Origin: Neoconidiobolus thromboides FSU 785
Lineage: Eukaryota > Fungi > Entomophthoromycota
Reading direction: 5' to 3'
DNA: 64,000 bases
NCBI GenBank assembly: GCA_025603075.1
Contig: MU626277.1
Coordinates: forward strand, 3,680 to 67,679
Positions 49,157 to 61,973 of the stretch are shown here, piece by piece. The notes under the pieces were generated by a model that saw only the letters and a program-made list of their open reading frames with translations, made no database searches and was not told the origin of the DNA. The translations under genes and the position numbers were made by a program. Numbering within the stretch: position 1 is the stretch's first letter; each line of letters starts with the position of its first letter.

Positions 49157-51063
49157 CTAATGTCTAGAAATTGGCGAAGTTCTAGCGCAGGCTTGGGAAG
49201 CGTTACTTGCTCTAAGATTACAAATAATATTTTTCCTACATTTTTCCTTACATTGAAAATCTTGATGAGCCTGTTTATACATAACCTTGTGAAACAGTTC
49301 CATTCGATGAGGTTTAGCTTCCAATTTATTGACAACCCGATGCCACCATTGCGGAGTTAATTCCATATTATCATAAGGTCTAGGTAAAAAGAAATCCCTA
49401 GCACTATACTCCAACTTCCATTTAGGTTCCTCAAATTCACTGGCAGTAGTTAAATCCCATATATATGTAAGACTATCATAAATTCCATAGTTAGTTGCAC
49501 CCACCTCATAAATCCTAAATCCAGGATTAATGTTTTTAAAGGTAGTTACAGAGGGATTGATGTAAGCGATATTAATAGCAGTATTCTCTTGTTTAGTTTG
49601 ATTGCTTTGATAAAACAATTGAAATTGATCCAAATGAGTATGACCATAAAATTGGCCTTTAATAAGATGAGAGTATCTATTAACGATCTGATGAAACCCA
49701 TCAGACCAATATGGGAAACAATCTGGATGAGCTGGAGGCACATGTCCTATAATGTACACCATCTCTCCAGTGTTCTCAGCTTCGTTTAGTTCTTGAATCA
49801 ACCAATGAAGGATAAAATTGGGATCCTGATTGTCTTTTTGTAGACTCGAAACCAACCAAAAGTTTAATAGATAGCACATATTTGTATTAAGTGATATCAC
49901 TTTAAGACCTGGGAAGGGCTTCATAGAGTAAACCCCTATTGCTTTTAGAGATTCTAGTGCTTTTTTTGGTAGCCAATCTTTCCACATACTACCAAGCTCA
50001 GAATAAAGGTTGACATAGTCGTCTTGTACTATTTAATAAAATTAATTTAATTGGCAGATAGATATGAAATTGAGTTACCAGAAGTTGATGGAAACAAATT
50101 AGCAGGTACTTGTTCATGATTACCGATAGCTGGTATAACAGGAATACTTAAATGATCAAACGCTTTTTTTAATAAATCAAACGTGGATCTTTCAACTTGG
50201 CTTGCTGTAATAGAAGACTGATTCCAAACATCATGCGCTGGGATATCACCAGTAAAAAGTACAACGTCAATTGGCGTTAAGTCATTCGTAATAAACTTTA
50301 GCATTGATTCAAACAATCTTTGTGGTATGTCACAATTATAATCCCCCCATTGGCTTGCTGCTCTCTTAATCTTTTCACCTTTATTTCTAGAGTATTTCTG
50401 ACAGCAAATAGGTGCTTTACAATCTGCTTCTGCTCCAGTTTCATATAAATGGTCGATATGAAGATCAGATAATTGTAATACTCTTAGCTTTTTCTGATCC
50501 CTGATAGGCTCTGATTTCACCTCTAATTCTCTTTTCTTTTCCGGAAACTCTAAAGTATTTGGCTTCAAATCTTCTGGGTAATCACAGGTATTATCCAATG
50601 CAAAGCAGAATAGTTGCTTTAATTCCGCATTTTCTTTCTTATTAAAATCAATAGTTTCTAATATCTTAAATATCCAAGGTGCATACAAATCAATTGACCC
50701 TCTACATACTTCTGCTGGTTGCCCCTTTCTTTTACATATATCAAGCACCGCATTGATAACCAAAGGTCTGAATAAGGAAGATGCATAAGCGCGCTTAAAA
50801 GTTACTAAGCCTCGTTTACAAGCCCTACATCCTACTGAGCCACCCTTTGATATGTCCTTAGCAATTTTTCTGAAGAAGTCTTTTAATCCTAAAGTAGTCT
50901 CAATGTCTGTACTAGCCTGTTGATAGAAATGGGTTAATGAAGAGCCAGTGCTACTCAAAGTGGATTCGATTTTGCCTATAAAAGGATACTGTTGTGAATA
51001 AATGTAAGTGTTTGGCGATAAAAATAAAAATAAATAAATAAAAGTTAAAGAATTGAAAAACAT
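49157..51063 (-). CDS. Secreted acid sphingomyelinase-like phosphodiesterase with saposin domain, 1 intron
   Basis: Signal peptide, saposin-type Cys (CRAC…C…C…C…C), DLHID, GDIPAHD, GNHE, GHVPP, GHTH. An intron of about 50 bp near 50029-50078 joins the two ORFs. Confidence 0.92.
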
Positions 51064-52062
51064 TTTATTGATTTTTCAAAGCTATTTTTTTGATTTATAG
51101 GTAGCATTTAGCCTGCTAAGTTTGAATGCGTTACGTTTCATTGGTTTAGGTAAATTATCAAAAATGATGATTTAACTCAATAGTGTTTTGTTAGACTTAC
51201 ATGTGCGAACGTATTTTCTCTTAAGAATTCTTTATATGTAGCGGGATTATAATAAGTAAGCATGGACTGAGCTAATTATTAACTTGTTTGTTAGTTCTGT
51301 ATAGGTCATGTTATTTAACTTAGTTCTAATAGCTTCATTTTATTACCCCAACTTCTATTTTTTAACAATTTTGGTTTATACTTTATACTTTGTACTTTAT
51401 AGCAAGTTTAATATCAAAATCATAAAAAATATCCAAACGTTTTTACTAGCTTAATATAATAAAATTGTACATTAAAGCCTTATAAATTAAACAAAAAAAA
51501 TACATTGTTATAAGAAATTTATTGAACTCTATTGTGTAAATTAAAAACTACTTTAAATGTTAATTTAAAGATTGATAGTTAATATAATAATTAAATTGTT
51601 AGTTATAATTCAATAAGTTATTAATAGATCATTATCAGCAAATCCAATGATTCAAAAACTACACACTTAAAATATAGTTACATATGGATACATGTGCCTT
51701 TAAAAGATGGAAATAGAAAAGAATTTACTTTTATTTCCTCTATCAATAATACCTACACATGACTCTCTTCTTCAAATGCAGCCAATTTATTATAAAAAAA
51801 TTTAAGGTTACTTGATATAAGTCAAATCATTATAATATTATTTATCTAGTATTAGTGATTTAATAGGGCGAAATACTATATTTCTAGTAAAGAGGTAATA
51901 ACACTTAATATAAAGTTTCAAAAGTAATATACTATGATTGTAGTATTGTTGAGGTTGGAATGAGTAGTACTTTTAAAAAAAGTTATATTGAGTAAAGTGA
52001 TGTAGGAACAAAAATACCATGGATTTTGATATCAATCTAAAACAATTCAACAAAGTTGAGAT

Positions 52063-52158
52063 GAGGATGTATTTTTATGTTTAAGAATTTACTAAAAAAA
52101 TTTCCACTCAAATAATGCTTAAAAGATGGAAAAAGTAATGAAGCCAAAAAACACCCCC
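52063..52158 (-). mobile_element. MITE family A with AGAT target-site duplication
   Basis: AGAT|GAGGATGTATTTTT…AAAAAACACCCCC|AGAT, 96 bp. Confidence 0.88.
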
Positions 52159-52470
52159 AGATGCTTTATTCTTTTTATTACAGAGTATAATATTGCTATT
52201 TATAACCATGTTTTTTATTTGAAATTTGACTAAGGTTTTTTTGGTTTATACTGCTCAATAGTAAGCAAAACAATAAAATGAACAAAAATGCTCTTATTGA
52301 TATTTTAATAATATTATGATTTTATATCTATTTCAAAATCTGTCACTTCATAACCAATTCTTATATCAACAAAATGTTATACTTGATTTAATAATATCCA
52401 AAGTCAACAGTAAAAGTGATTTAGTTATACAAATAAAAAAAATGTATCTTTTATTTTAACAAGTTAAAAA

Positions 52471-54397
52471 TTACTCCATTGCATCTTGATCTCCATTTCC
52501 ATTACTTCCTTGATTTTCTTCAGTTTTCTCAGCCTCTTGGGGTTTGTTGTAAATCCAAGTAGACGAAAGTACAACACCATCATATTTTGATGAAAGTGGG
52601 TAAGCCTAGAACAAAAGTTAAGTATAAATCATTACATTTCTTTATTTTAAAAAGTACCTTGATCGCATAAAAGTTGTTTGGAAAGGAAACCACATAACCT
52701 TCTTTTTCTTGATCAAATTCTATATTTTCAACATAATTTAATCCCTGTATCTCAATATTAATTTTACATACTTAAAACAATTATAAAATTACATTAAGGA
52801 ACTGTTTCACTTCTTCACTTTGTTCTTTAGTAAACCCAGTTACAATGAATGATTTTGGTCGATTGTCAAGTTTGAACTTTCTAGCTTGATAAGGTTTATC
52901 TTTAACCCATTTATTACTTCCGGCTGCTGCATAAATTGGGTAAGGCTTACTGGTCGCATTATCAAGTTTATTCTCCCTTAAATTATTTAGTATAGTCTCT
53001 TCTTCCTCAATAGAATTCATTTGCTCTTTAATTGATTTTGTAAGTTGGTTTAAAGTTTGTATAAGTTCCTTTTTACTATGCTCTGAGGTATTTGAATCTT
53101 CGATCATGGTTATGAGCTCCTTTTGACTTTTTAATTGTTTTTCAACTAATTCTGTTTTTTGTTTGATTAATGAAGTTACAGTTTTAATCCTTTCCTCGCG
53201 CATAGCAGCCAATTCTTCGCTATTTTTGTGAGGAGCGGGAGTGTGATAAGTAGGTTGAACACTATTATATTCTTGTGCTTTCCATTCTAATTTAACAAAT
53301 CGATTATCGAATATTGGTGCAGTTGAGTCAATTGCCTTAGAAGCATCAGTCCTTATTTTAAACTCTATCTCAGCACATGAATTAATTTCATTAAGACTAA
53401 TTTCAACGATTTCTCCAAATCGTGAAAAATATTCCATAATTGAGTCTTTAGATAATGATTCTTTCGGAATATTGTAACACACGATCCTTTTTTCATTGTT
53501 TTGTCGTTGAAATGTACCGTTATTTGCACCATTATTAAACTTTAATCTGCCTTGTATATAGGGTCCTCCTCTTTGCTGCCCGCCATTCAAGTTGGTTGGA
53601 TCATACTCATCTTCAGGCTGAGAGCTTATCACATTACTATTTATTGGATCATATACTTGATGGTTATTCATTTGATTTGAAGAATGATCAATCTCATGCG
53701 AATAATGACATTCTTGGCCCCATTTACAATATCCAGTTTCTAAAACAGAATTTGGAATAAGAACAAAATTATAGACTAAAAATTACCTGAGAAATAACGG
53801 CAAGGTCTTTGGTATCTTTTAGTATACCTTTCATTTCATCAATATAAAAGATTTAACAAACATTTAAAAAAAAATACCTTGGTTCATTGAACTTATTTTT
53901 AATCTTCTTATATTCAGTCTCATGAGCTGGTGAAGTACCTCTTTTTTTCCCTGTTTCATATTCTTCTTGGTCTTGAGATCTTTCACCGATCCATGAAAAC
54001 AATTTATTGATGAATGTCATCGTTCCTATTTACGAAATTATTTCAAGTACTTTTATTTTTGTTTTTATTACTGTCTTCCAAGAATTCTTCCAATTGTTCC
54101 AGGCATTCTTGTTTTATTTCTGAGCTGGGCTTATCATTTCGTATCAAAGTGACAATATACTCAGAAAGTGCTTCATTATCAGCATCGGAACTAGATAAAA
54201 CAAGTGTTAGCTTTTAAAAAAGAATCTAATGGAACAAATCATGAATCATGTTTAACATCAATTTTGGAAATTAATATTATCAATATCCAAATACTTTTGC
54301 TCCTAAAACTAAACTAAAATATTATAAATTACATTGGTGCTAAAGAATTCAATAAATAATTCTTTAATTCGGTCGAATCTACGGTTTTGAGATACAT
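52471..54397 (-). CDS. PWI + CCCH zinc finger + RRM protein (RBM26/27-like), spliced
   Basis: LKNYLLNSLAP…DADNEALSEYIVTLI, PCRYFSETGYCKWGQECHYSH, RRM (YFSRFGEIVEI…AEIEF), coiled coil, KLDNRPK. Confidence 0.88.
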
Positions 54398-55585
54398 TTT
54401 TTAAAATCAATACAATTTTATATAAACTATATTCAGCTATTAATCTTGATTAATAGTTTTAATAATTTAATATTTAAATGTAAAAAGAATGTTTATTAAT
54501 TTTTTACTTAAAAACTAAGCTGGTATTTTTGGTTTTCTTAACATTCGCTTCTAATTGGTTCAAATGAAGCCAATCAAGACTTTTTGTAAAGAATATATTA
54601 TAATCTTGTAAGTTTTAGATTTTTTTAATCAACTTTAAAATAGAATATTATGATCAAATTTAGTTATTGTTGCTTTTCATGTATTCATCCCCACTATTTA
54701 CTTTTTTATTGTGTCCTAATGTCCAATGTATACAATTATTATTTATAGAAATTAGATCTTAAATGTTTTTTGTTTTGTTTATTCATTAAACAATATTATC
54801 TTTTAAGTTTTATTATTATCATGTTATTTCTATTTTCACAGAAAGATATAGCTTTACATTATTTATTTTATTAATGATAGTAAGCTTTGTCACATTGTTT
54901 ATTTTTGGTTTGGTTTGAAATTTAAAAACTCAAAATTAAAATAATTTAATATCTAAAAATAAGTGGAAATAATAATTTTTGGCAACTTTTGAATATAAAA
55001 TTGATTCATAAATACATTAATCTTTTTTTTCATTAATTGAAAACAGTCTACAAATACTATTTAAAATATGGTAAAATAAAGAAATTGGTATTTAAATAAT
55101 AAAACACATTAATAATTTATATGAACGTTTCTTTTGTTTAATTTTTTATTGATAATTTTTCTACACAATACCACTGGAAAAAAAGGAAAAGAAACTAAAT
55201 CAGGATATTCTAATATACAATTTACTCTCCTATTTCAAACAAGCCAAAAGAGCATCATCTAGCTAGCACAATAGCAGTATGTTTAACTTCAGATTAACTT
55301 CATCTTAATGATATTTTTAATTACTATTATTATTCAAAAGTAACAGACTATGTTTTAATTAAGAAGTAAAAATAAACATGTTTACTATAGCTAATAAAGA
55401 TATCATTACTAAGCTAAAGAAATAATTCGGACTAGTTAAAATTATATTTAATGAACTATTATAGTATAAATATTACTGAAATAGTTAATAGTGCTAGCTA
55501 ACTCTTTTAACTATAGCTATAATAAAATTAATAATGAAATGGTATAATCAAAAACATTGTATAATGACATTGATGACATGTATAT

Positions 55586-55681
55586 GGGGATGTTTTTTTT
55601 ATTTCATTACTTTCTATTTTTCAAGCACTATTTGAGCGGAAAATTTGTTAGTAAAATTCTTAAACACGAAAATACATACCC
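55586..55681 (+). mobile_element. MITE family A
   Basis: ATAT|GGGGATGTTTTTT…AAAATACATACCC|ATAT, 96 bp. Confidence 0.85.
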
Positions 55682-55812
55682 ATATATTACATACATATTT
55701 ATAAAGTTACTTTGTCACTAACCAATGTAACGGAATTTTTATGCTGAATCAGAAGATATATATATTTAACAAATTGAACTTATAAGAAAAGATGATTTCC
55801 ATAAGGGAAGTT

Positions 55813-55884
55813 GGCTAGCTGGCGCAATGGTAGCGCGTTGGACTCCAGATCTAGAGGTTAGAGGTTCGACTCCTCTGCTGGTCA
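55813..55884 (+). tRNA. tRNA-Trp(CCA)
   Basis: GGCTAGC/GCTGGTC acceptor stem, GCGC D-stem, TTGGA-CTCCAGA-TCTAG anticodon arm, AGAGG-TTCGACT-CCTCT T-arm. Confidence 0.92.
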
Positions 55885-56599
55885 TGACTTTTGGAATATA
55901 TTCTAATTTATTCTTTTAATATTATGTAAAATATTTTTTCTTTGATTTAATTTAAAAATTCTACTAAGAAAGCTAAAATTATCTTTTTTCATTGATGATT
56001 TGTAATGTTGTAAGCCAAAAATTAACTTGCAATTTTTAAGTACAATAATTGATTGCTAGATGACTTGGTATAAAAGCTTAGTTCAAGTCTTATTTAATCT
56101 TGATTTTTTTAGCAAAGATTGATAATTTGATAATTGAGTACTAAGTGCTATAAGATATTGTTTTCTGCTTAATTTTAAATAAGTTATATTAGAGCGCTTC
56201 TTTGACCAGCGTTTGTTTGTATTTTTCAAGTTTTACGTTACGTAAAAAATGGACAAGAAAATGAGATTGGAAAGCACCTAATTTTAAGTAGGCTTTTAAA
56301 TTTCCTATATGGTATAGATTTGTCATTTTAGGTTATAAAGATAGATTGAAAATCAACTTGATAGCTAAAGGTTGGAGGTTCAACTTTTCTATTGGCCAGT
56401 CTTTTTTATATTAGCTTTGAGTTTGGATTTGAAACTTTAAACATTTAAAAGCTAATTTTAAAAAAATAATCTACCTGTATCGACCAAAACCTTTCATTTT
56501 ATTTCAAAGCATTACTTCAAACTTTTTGATGGGCATTATCTTAAATTTTAATCTTATCTAAAAGTTAATCAATAACATTCGACAATTTTATTTAAAACT

Positions 56600-59184
56600 T
56601 TAAATTGGATTTTCAGGTCCAAGAATTTGGTCAATTTTCTAAAAGCTATAATTGGTACTCATTATTATGATTGTCATCAACTAAACTTACTATAGGATCC
56701 AATCTTTCTGTAATAATTGCTCGTTTAAAACCAGAGGATATGACTTCATTAAACAAGGATTGTATGGAACTGTAATACAAGGATAAGCTATATGATATAA
56801 TTTAATAAACAGTAAATTACTTGTCCAATTTTACAAAGACTGGTAACTTCCTTTGAAAATATTCCAAATCTAATTGTAATTGATAAAACGCATTTTGATT
56901 GAATGCACTCAATCTAATAGCTTCAGAAGTAGCCTGATAAAATATTAACATAATGAACAACATAAAATGATTGATATAAATATAGTAGTAGTATGTTGAT
57001 TATTTTTACCTTCAATGTTATTTTGGCCAACTGAATCATGATATCATCTACTGTAAACCCAGTATTAGAATAAATCTCAATCTTATCAGAAAATAATTTA
57101 TCAATTTTATTAAGCCACAAATCAGGTTGTAGCTCATTCTTCTTATTTAAAAATAAACCGGTAAAAGTCTTATTTTTAGTAGGCGACATTAATTGTAAAG
57201 AATTACGGGATGGCATCCTATAATCTAAATCTAATTTATGATAAAATAAACTACATTATTATATATATCATATTGTGTTTTTACCCATTGAATTACTTCC
57301 AGAACGGATATTATCTTTAGCTGGGAAAATAGCTGAAAGATTAGTTAGTGAGACAAACATTTGTGTAATGCTCAGCCAAAGTGAATTAACTTGCGTGATA
57401 GTTGGCCAAAGGTTAAAAGGATAACTAGAGTAAAAATTTAAAATATCTTTTGTCAAATTATTTCCAATGCTTCTAATATATGTATTAAGTATCTGACTAC
57501 TATAAGCTCTTGATAAATTCATTACGTTTTCACATTCTTGTTCCCACTCTAAAATCACTTCTTCTTGACTAGGTTGATGAGAGTAAGGTATGTTAATCTC
57601 AATTATTAAAGTGGTAATATAATTCGTATAAATTGATGCTACAAAATTATCATAAAAATCTAACAACCACTTACTATTTAATAATAATAACAATTCATTA
57701 TCTTTCATTTTAATACTTTCAGTTAGTATACTCTTAAAAAATTGATTCAACTTAGTTTGTAAATATCTATAAAACAAAGCCCATGTCCCTGATAATTGCC
57801 AAAAGGGTATATCTACTTCCAAAAAACTTTTAAAAAAAGACAATAATTCCATCATATTTTGTAATAGCCAATTCTTCATCATAACTATCTTACTTTGTAG
57901 TTCAATAATATCATTCAAATACCCTTTCTCCATATTGATATCCATTATTTTATTTATGTACTCTTGTTGAATTGCGTTAAACTTATTCTCAATTAATTTC
58001 TGTTCAAAATCGCATATCGTAAGTCTTATCTTTTGTAATAAATTAATTTCACTCATCTTACTGCCACATAATGAGGAATACGTAGCCAAATCCGTTAAGA
58101 TAGAAGAATAGATAGAAGTAATATGGTTCAAATCATTACTCTTTATTTTAATGTTATCGATCTTTATCAACTTTAAAACCGTATTATTATACTCAAGATC
58201 TAATAATTTATTTATTGTTTCTAAAAAGGTTGATTTAACATTATTCGCTTTCAACTCTTTTTCAGATTGAAAATAATAGCCATGAAAGCTTTCAATAAAT
58301 TCGTTCAATTGTAAAAAAAACTCATTGTTAAGTCCTTTAAGCCAATCTATTTGGAATGAAAATTCTACCAACGCATTGTTCTTATTGATCTCTTTAATCA
58401 GCAAAAGGTGATGTTGATTCAATATCTTTGAAAACCTTTTAAAAATTAAGTTGCAAAAATCATTATACAACTTTTCATTACTGTTGTAATCATCCTTTAG
58501 TTTAATCAATAAATAATACCAATAATTTAATTCAAGTATACTATTATTCTCATTACTTATCTTAAACCTTAATATATCCTCTACCTTTTTAATCAAACTT
58601 TTCGCTTCTTTCTCAATCTCCGTAAACAGTTTCATGCTCTGGTATTTATCCACCAACTTTTTTGTATACAAATAATAGTTGATCGCTTCTAAATACATTT
58701 CTTTATCAATATATCCACTTAAAGTTGCAGGCAGCTGAAAGATGAACTTGAACTTTTTTAACATATCATTGATATTCAAATACTTTCCCAGCTCCTTCCT
58801 ACTTTCTTCTAATCCAATATCCATCTGGTTATTATTTTTATTAATTAGATCCATACACTCCGACGCCACACTTAATTCTTGAAACATGTTATCTAAATTA
58901 TCTCTCATACTTCGTATGCTCTCATTAGCTTTTATAAATTTACTGTAATTTTCATACACTAGATTCTTGCCATCTGAATTCAGCTCTCTGATATCGGTTA
59001 GTAATGTAACATCACGTTCAATTAATCCCTTCAGGTCCTGTTGGGTGTATAGTTTATTTAAATAAGGTCGATATTCAAAGTTACTTTCATTAATTTCACT
59101 ATTCTGTACTTTATTTAGATTGTAGAATGCTTTCAGCTTCTCTCGTGCACTCGCTTTAGTTGGTTTATTAGTGCTGCTTTCCAT
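56600..59184 (-). CDS. VPS51: GARP/EARP subunit Vps51, spliced
   Basis: AREKLKAFYNL…IRELNSDGKNLVYENYSKFIKANESIRSM (Vps51 N-domain). C-terminal IQLAKITLK…SLFNEVISSG…DPI|KIDQIL. Confidence 0.85.
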
Positions 59185-60169
59185 TGTTATAAAAATAAAG
59201 GATGATATTTTTTCGGTGGCTTAAATCAATTTCTAACATTCAGTTTACGTGCTACTTTTAAAGATTTTGGAGGTCCAGTGGCATAAAATTTGCAATTAAA
59301 ATTATGCAGTCAAAGTTCCGATTTATGAGGTTTTTTGAATAAGGGATGATTGTTTTAGCTTTTCTAATACCCTTCGAAGTTTTATACTCTATAAAAAACG
59401 AACAAAGTATTGAAAATGAAAAAGACATTCCTCCCCTATAAAAGTTTTTAATTATACCAAGGAAATGTGTTTTCCTTTTAAGATGGAAAAGCTCGATAGC
59501 ATTATCTTTTTTATTATAAAAGTCATTTAATATTTTTTGTTGAATTTAGTTCAAAAGTATTTTGATATTATAAAGCTAAATAAAATAAAATAATTATACC
59601 CAGCTGTAACCTTTTCAAAGTAGCAAAGCATTCCAGAAAGATGGTAACTTCATTAGTTCAAAAAAATCAGGAAATTCCTTCAATCTAGTCTGGTAATTTA
59701 AGTCAGTCAGAGTAAAAGCTTCTAGCTGACTAGATAAGCCAGTCATTGAATCAAAGGTTTATGATTGGTTGAAAAACAAACTTATAATGCTTAGTAAATT
59801 CTAGCTTGTGGGATAGGGTTAGGATTTTTTGCTTTCATTTTAGTGTAAAGTTTAAGATAATATAATGTTTACATTAAAATATGATTTCTATAACTTTAAT
59901 GTAGTATTTGTAGTATGAAATTTAAAGATAATAAATAATTCAAACTTACTTTAATCATTATAGTATGAAATTAGTCCATTCATTTAAATGGCCTTAAAAG
60001 ACTACTAGAACACCAAGCAAAAAACTCTATCCACAATCAAAATTCAGAATAATCCTCAAGGCTAAAACATTAACTTAGTATTTATTAAAAAAAGCTTCCA
60101 AGCCCAAGCCCAAGTCCGAAAAAATTATCAAGTAATGATAACGAGAACAAGTTAACCACTATCTTATAT

Positions 60170-61792
60170 TTAAAACTAAACAAAAGCAATAAATAATTTA
60201 AAGCAAAAACAAAAGGTTCTGTCTTACCTTAATTTCATACGTGCCTGCCTTGGTAAGGTACCTAACCCATTTAACTGATTGGTAGTTGGACTTTTCAAAC
60301 ACCTTCAAGAATCTAACTAAAAGGCCAGAGGAGGTGAACATAAGAACCTAAATAAAAAAGTTAGTAAAAATCCTTTAATAGATAATTAAAATTCTACTTG
60401 AAAGTTCATACAGATAGGAGGGCGTGACCAAGTTTTGTCAACAGTGGTAGCAGTGAGTTCTACCTCTGCTGAAAATGAGTATTCATTTTGACCCTGGAAA
60501 CGAGAAATTCTAAAAAATATTAATTAAAATTATAACAATCTATTCAAATTTACTTCCAAACAATTGCATTCTCGGCAGGTACATATTTGGCCTTACCTGC
60601 ACCAACACGTATACTGCTTCCCGATGTATTGAGTGGTGTAGGTATCTTAACCACCACATTATTGGCATATAACTTAGATGAAAAGTTAGCTTTTACCAAT
60701 ACTTTATACTCAACTCGAGACTTTCCAATCTCGTTGACCACTGGATGAACTCTGAATGGTAAATTGATGTTCTCTGTGGTACGATATTTCATTAACTCAA
60801 ACTCACCATCAGGTGGTATAAAACTGATAGTTCGGTCGCTGTCAAACTTTCCCAACTTAACGCACTGATGGAACTGACAGTCATCAATCTCAACTGCGTT
60901 TGAGCGTCTAGGACTTTAAACTTGTTATTTATGATTTAAAACGATTAATAAATATTATTACCCAGATCGGTCTGTATTATCCCTATCTAATAAAAGCTTA
61001 TCATTGAGTCCAAATTTACACTCTGGCATACCAGATAGGTAAGCACGCATAAGGATCTGACCGGAAACATCCGCGCGCAGGGTTGTGCCTTTAGTACTCA
61101 TAGATAGATTTACGGATTCAATCACATCAACAAAAGCTTCATTTTTCCTATATTTGATGTCAGGTCTTCGCCATGAAATGGCACCAGTTGCTTGAATTGT
61201 AATCTTTGAAGAGTCCTCTTTCTATATAACTATTTAACATTAGAAACAAAACAAAACCGACAAACTTACCACTGCCTTTTCAGATTTCACTCCTTCGGTA
61301 GTAATATAAAGCTTCAAGATATCGGCATCTGTATTTTGTGGGTAGCCAAAATCAAGGATCTCTACAAATTTACATTAGCCCAAAATAAATAATAGCTTGC
61401 TACAACGTACCGTCTAACAATTCGTAAATCAAAACAAAGTTGTTCTTAACCGCTTCTTCATCAAATTTAATAAAATAACTTCTTCCTAATGCAATAAAAC
61501 GATAACAAAACTCAAACACCATCGCTGCATTTGTATTAGCTTTGGTTACTGCCACGATATACAAATTATCATGTCTCACGTGAAAGAAGGAGGTGGAACC
61601 TAAGGTGATGAATGGTGCACGTACCTGGTTGTTCGAGATTACTTGGATTCTAAAGATGTCAGCAATGGAGCGTCTGAAGAAGGGTAAGTTATATTGAGTA
61701 ACATGTGAATAGGCTTACTTTAAATCATGACGATACAGACGAGAGATCAATACTTCTCCTTTTTGATTATAGATAAAGAAGGCAGAGATCAT
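60170..61792 (-). CDS. APM4: AP-2 complex mu subunit, spliced
   Basis: [78 protein letters not shown]. Confidence 0.96.
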
Positions 61793-61973
61793 AATGAAGT
61801 GCCACAAGCAAAATTGAAAAGTATAAGTGGCATTGAGTTGAGTTCATTTAAATTTTAGTTGAACCAATGATAGTTAGGCTTAATAACGATGATTTATAAT
61901 TAATTTAGAACTCAAAAAAATGATTATTTTTAATATTTATTAGAATAATAATTATAATAGTAGCACTAATATT

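Noticed and set aside
51683-51730. Fragment resembling MITE family A (…TTAAAAGATGGAAA…)
   Set aside because: Match too short, with no paired termini or TSD.
55813-55884. Several G-U pairs in tRNA-Trp stems suggesting a pseudo-tRNA
   Set aside because: Length, D and T loops and terminator are canonical, and wobble pairs are tolerated.
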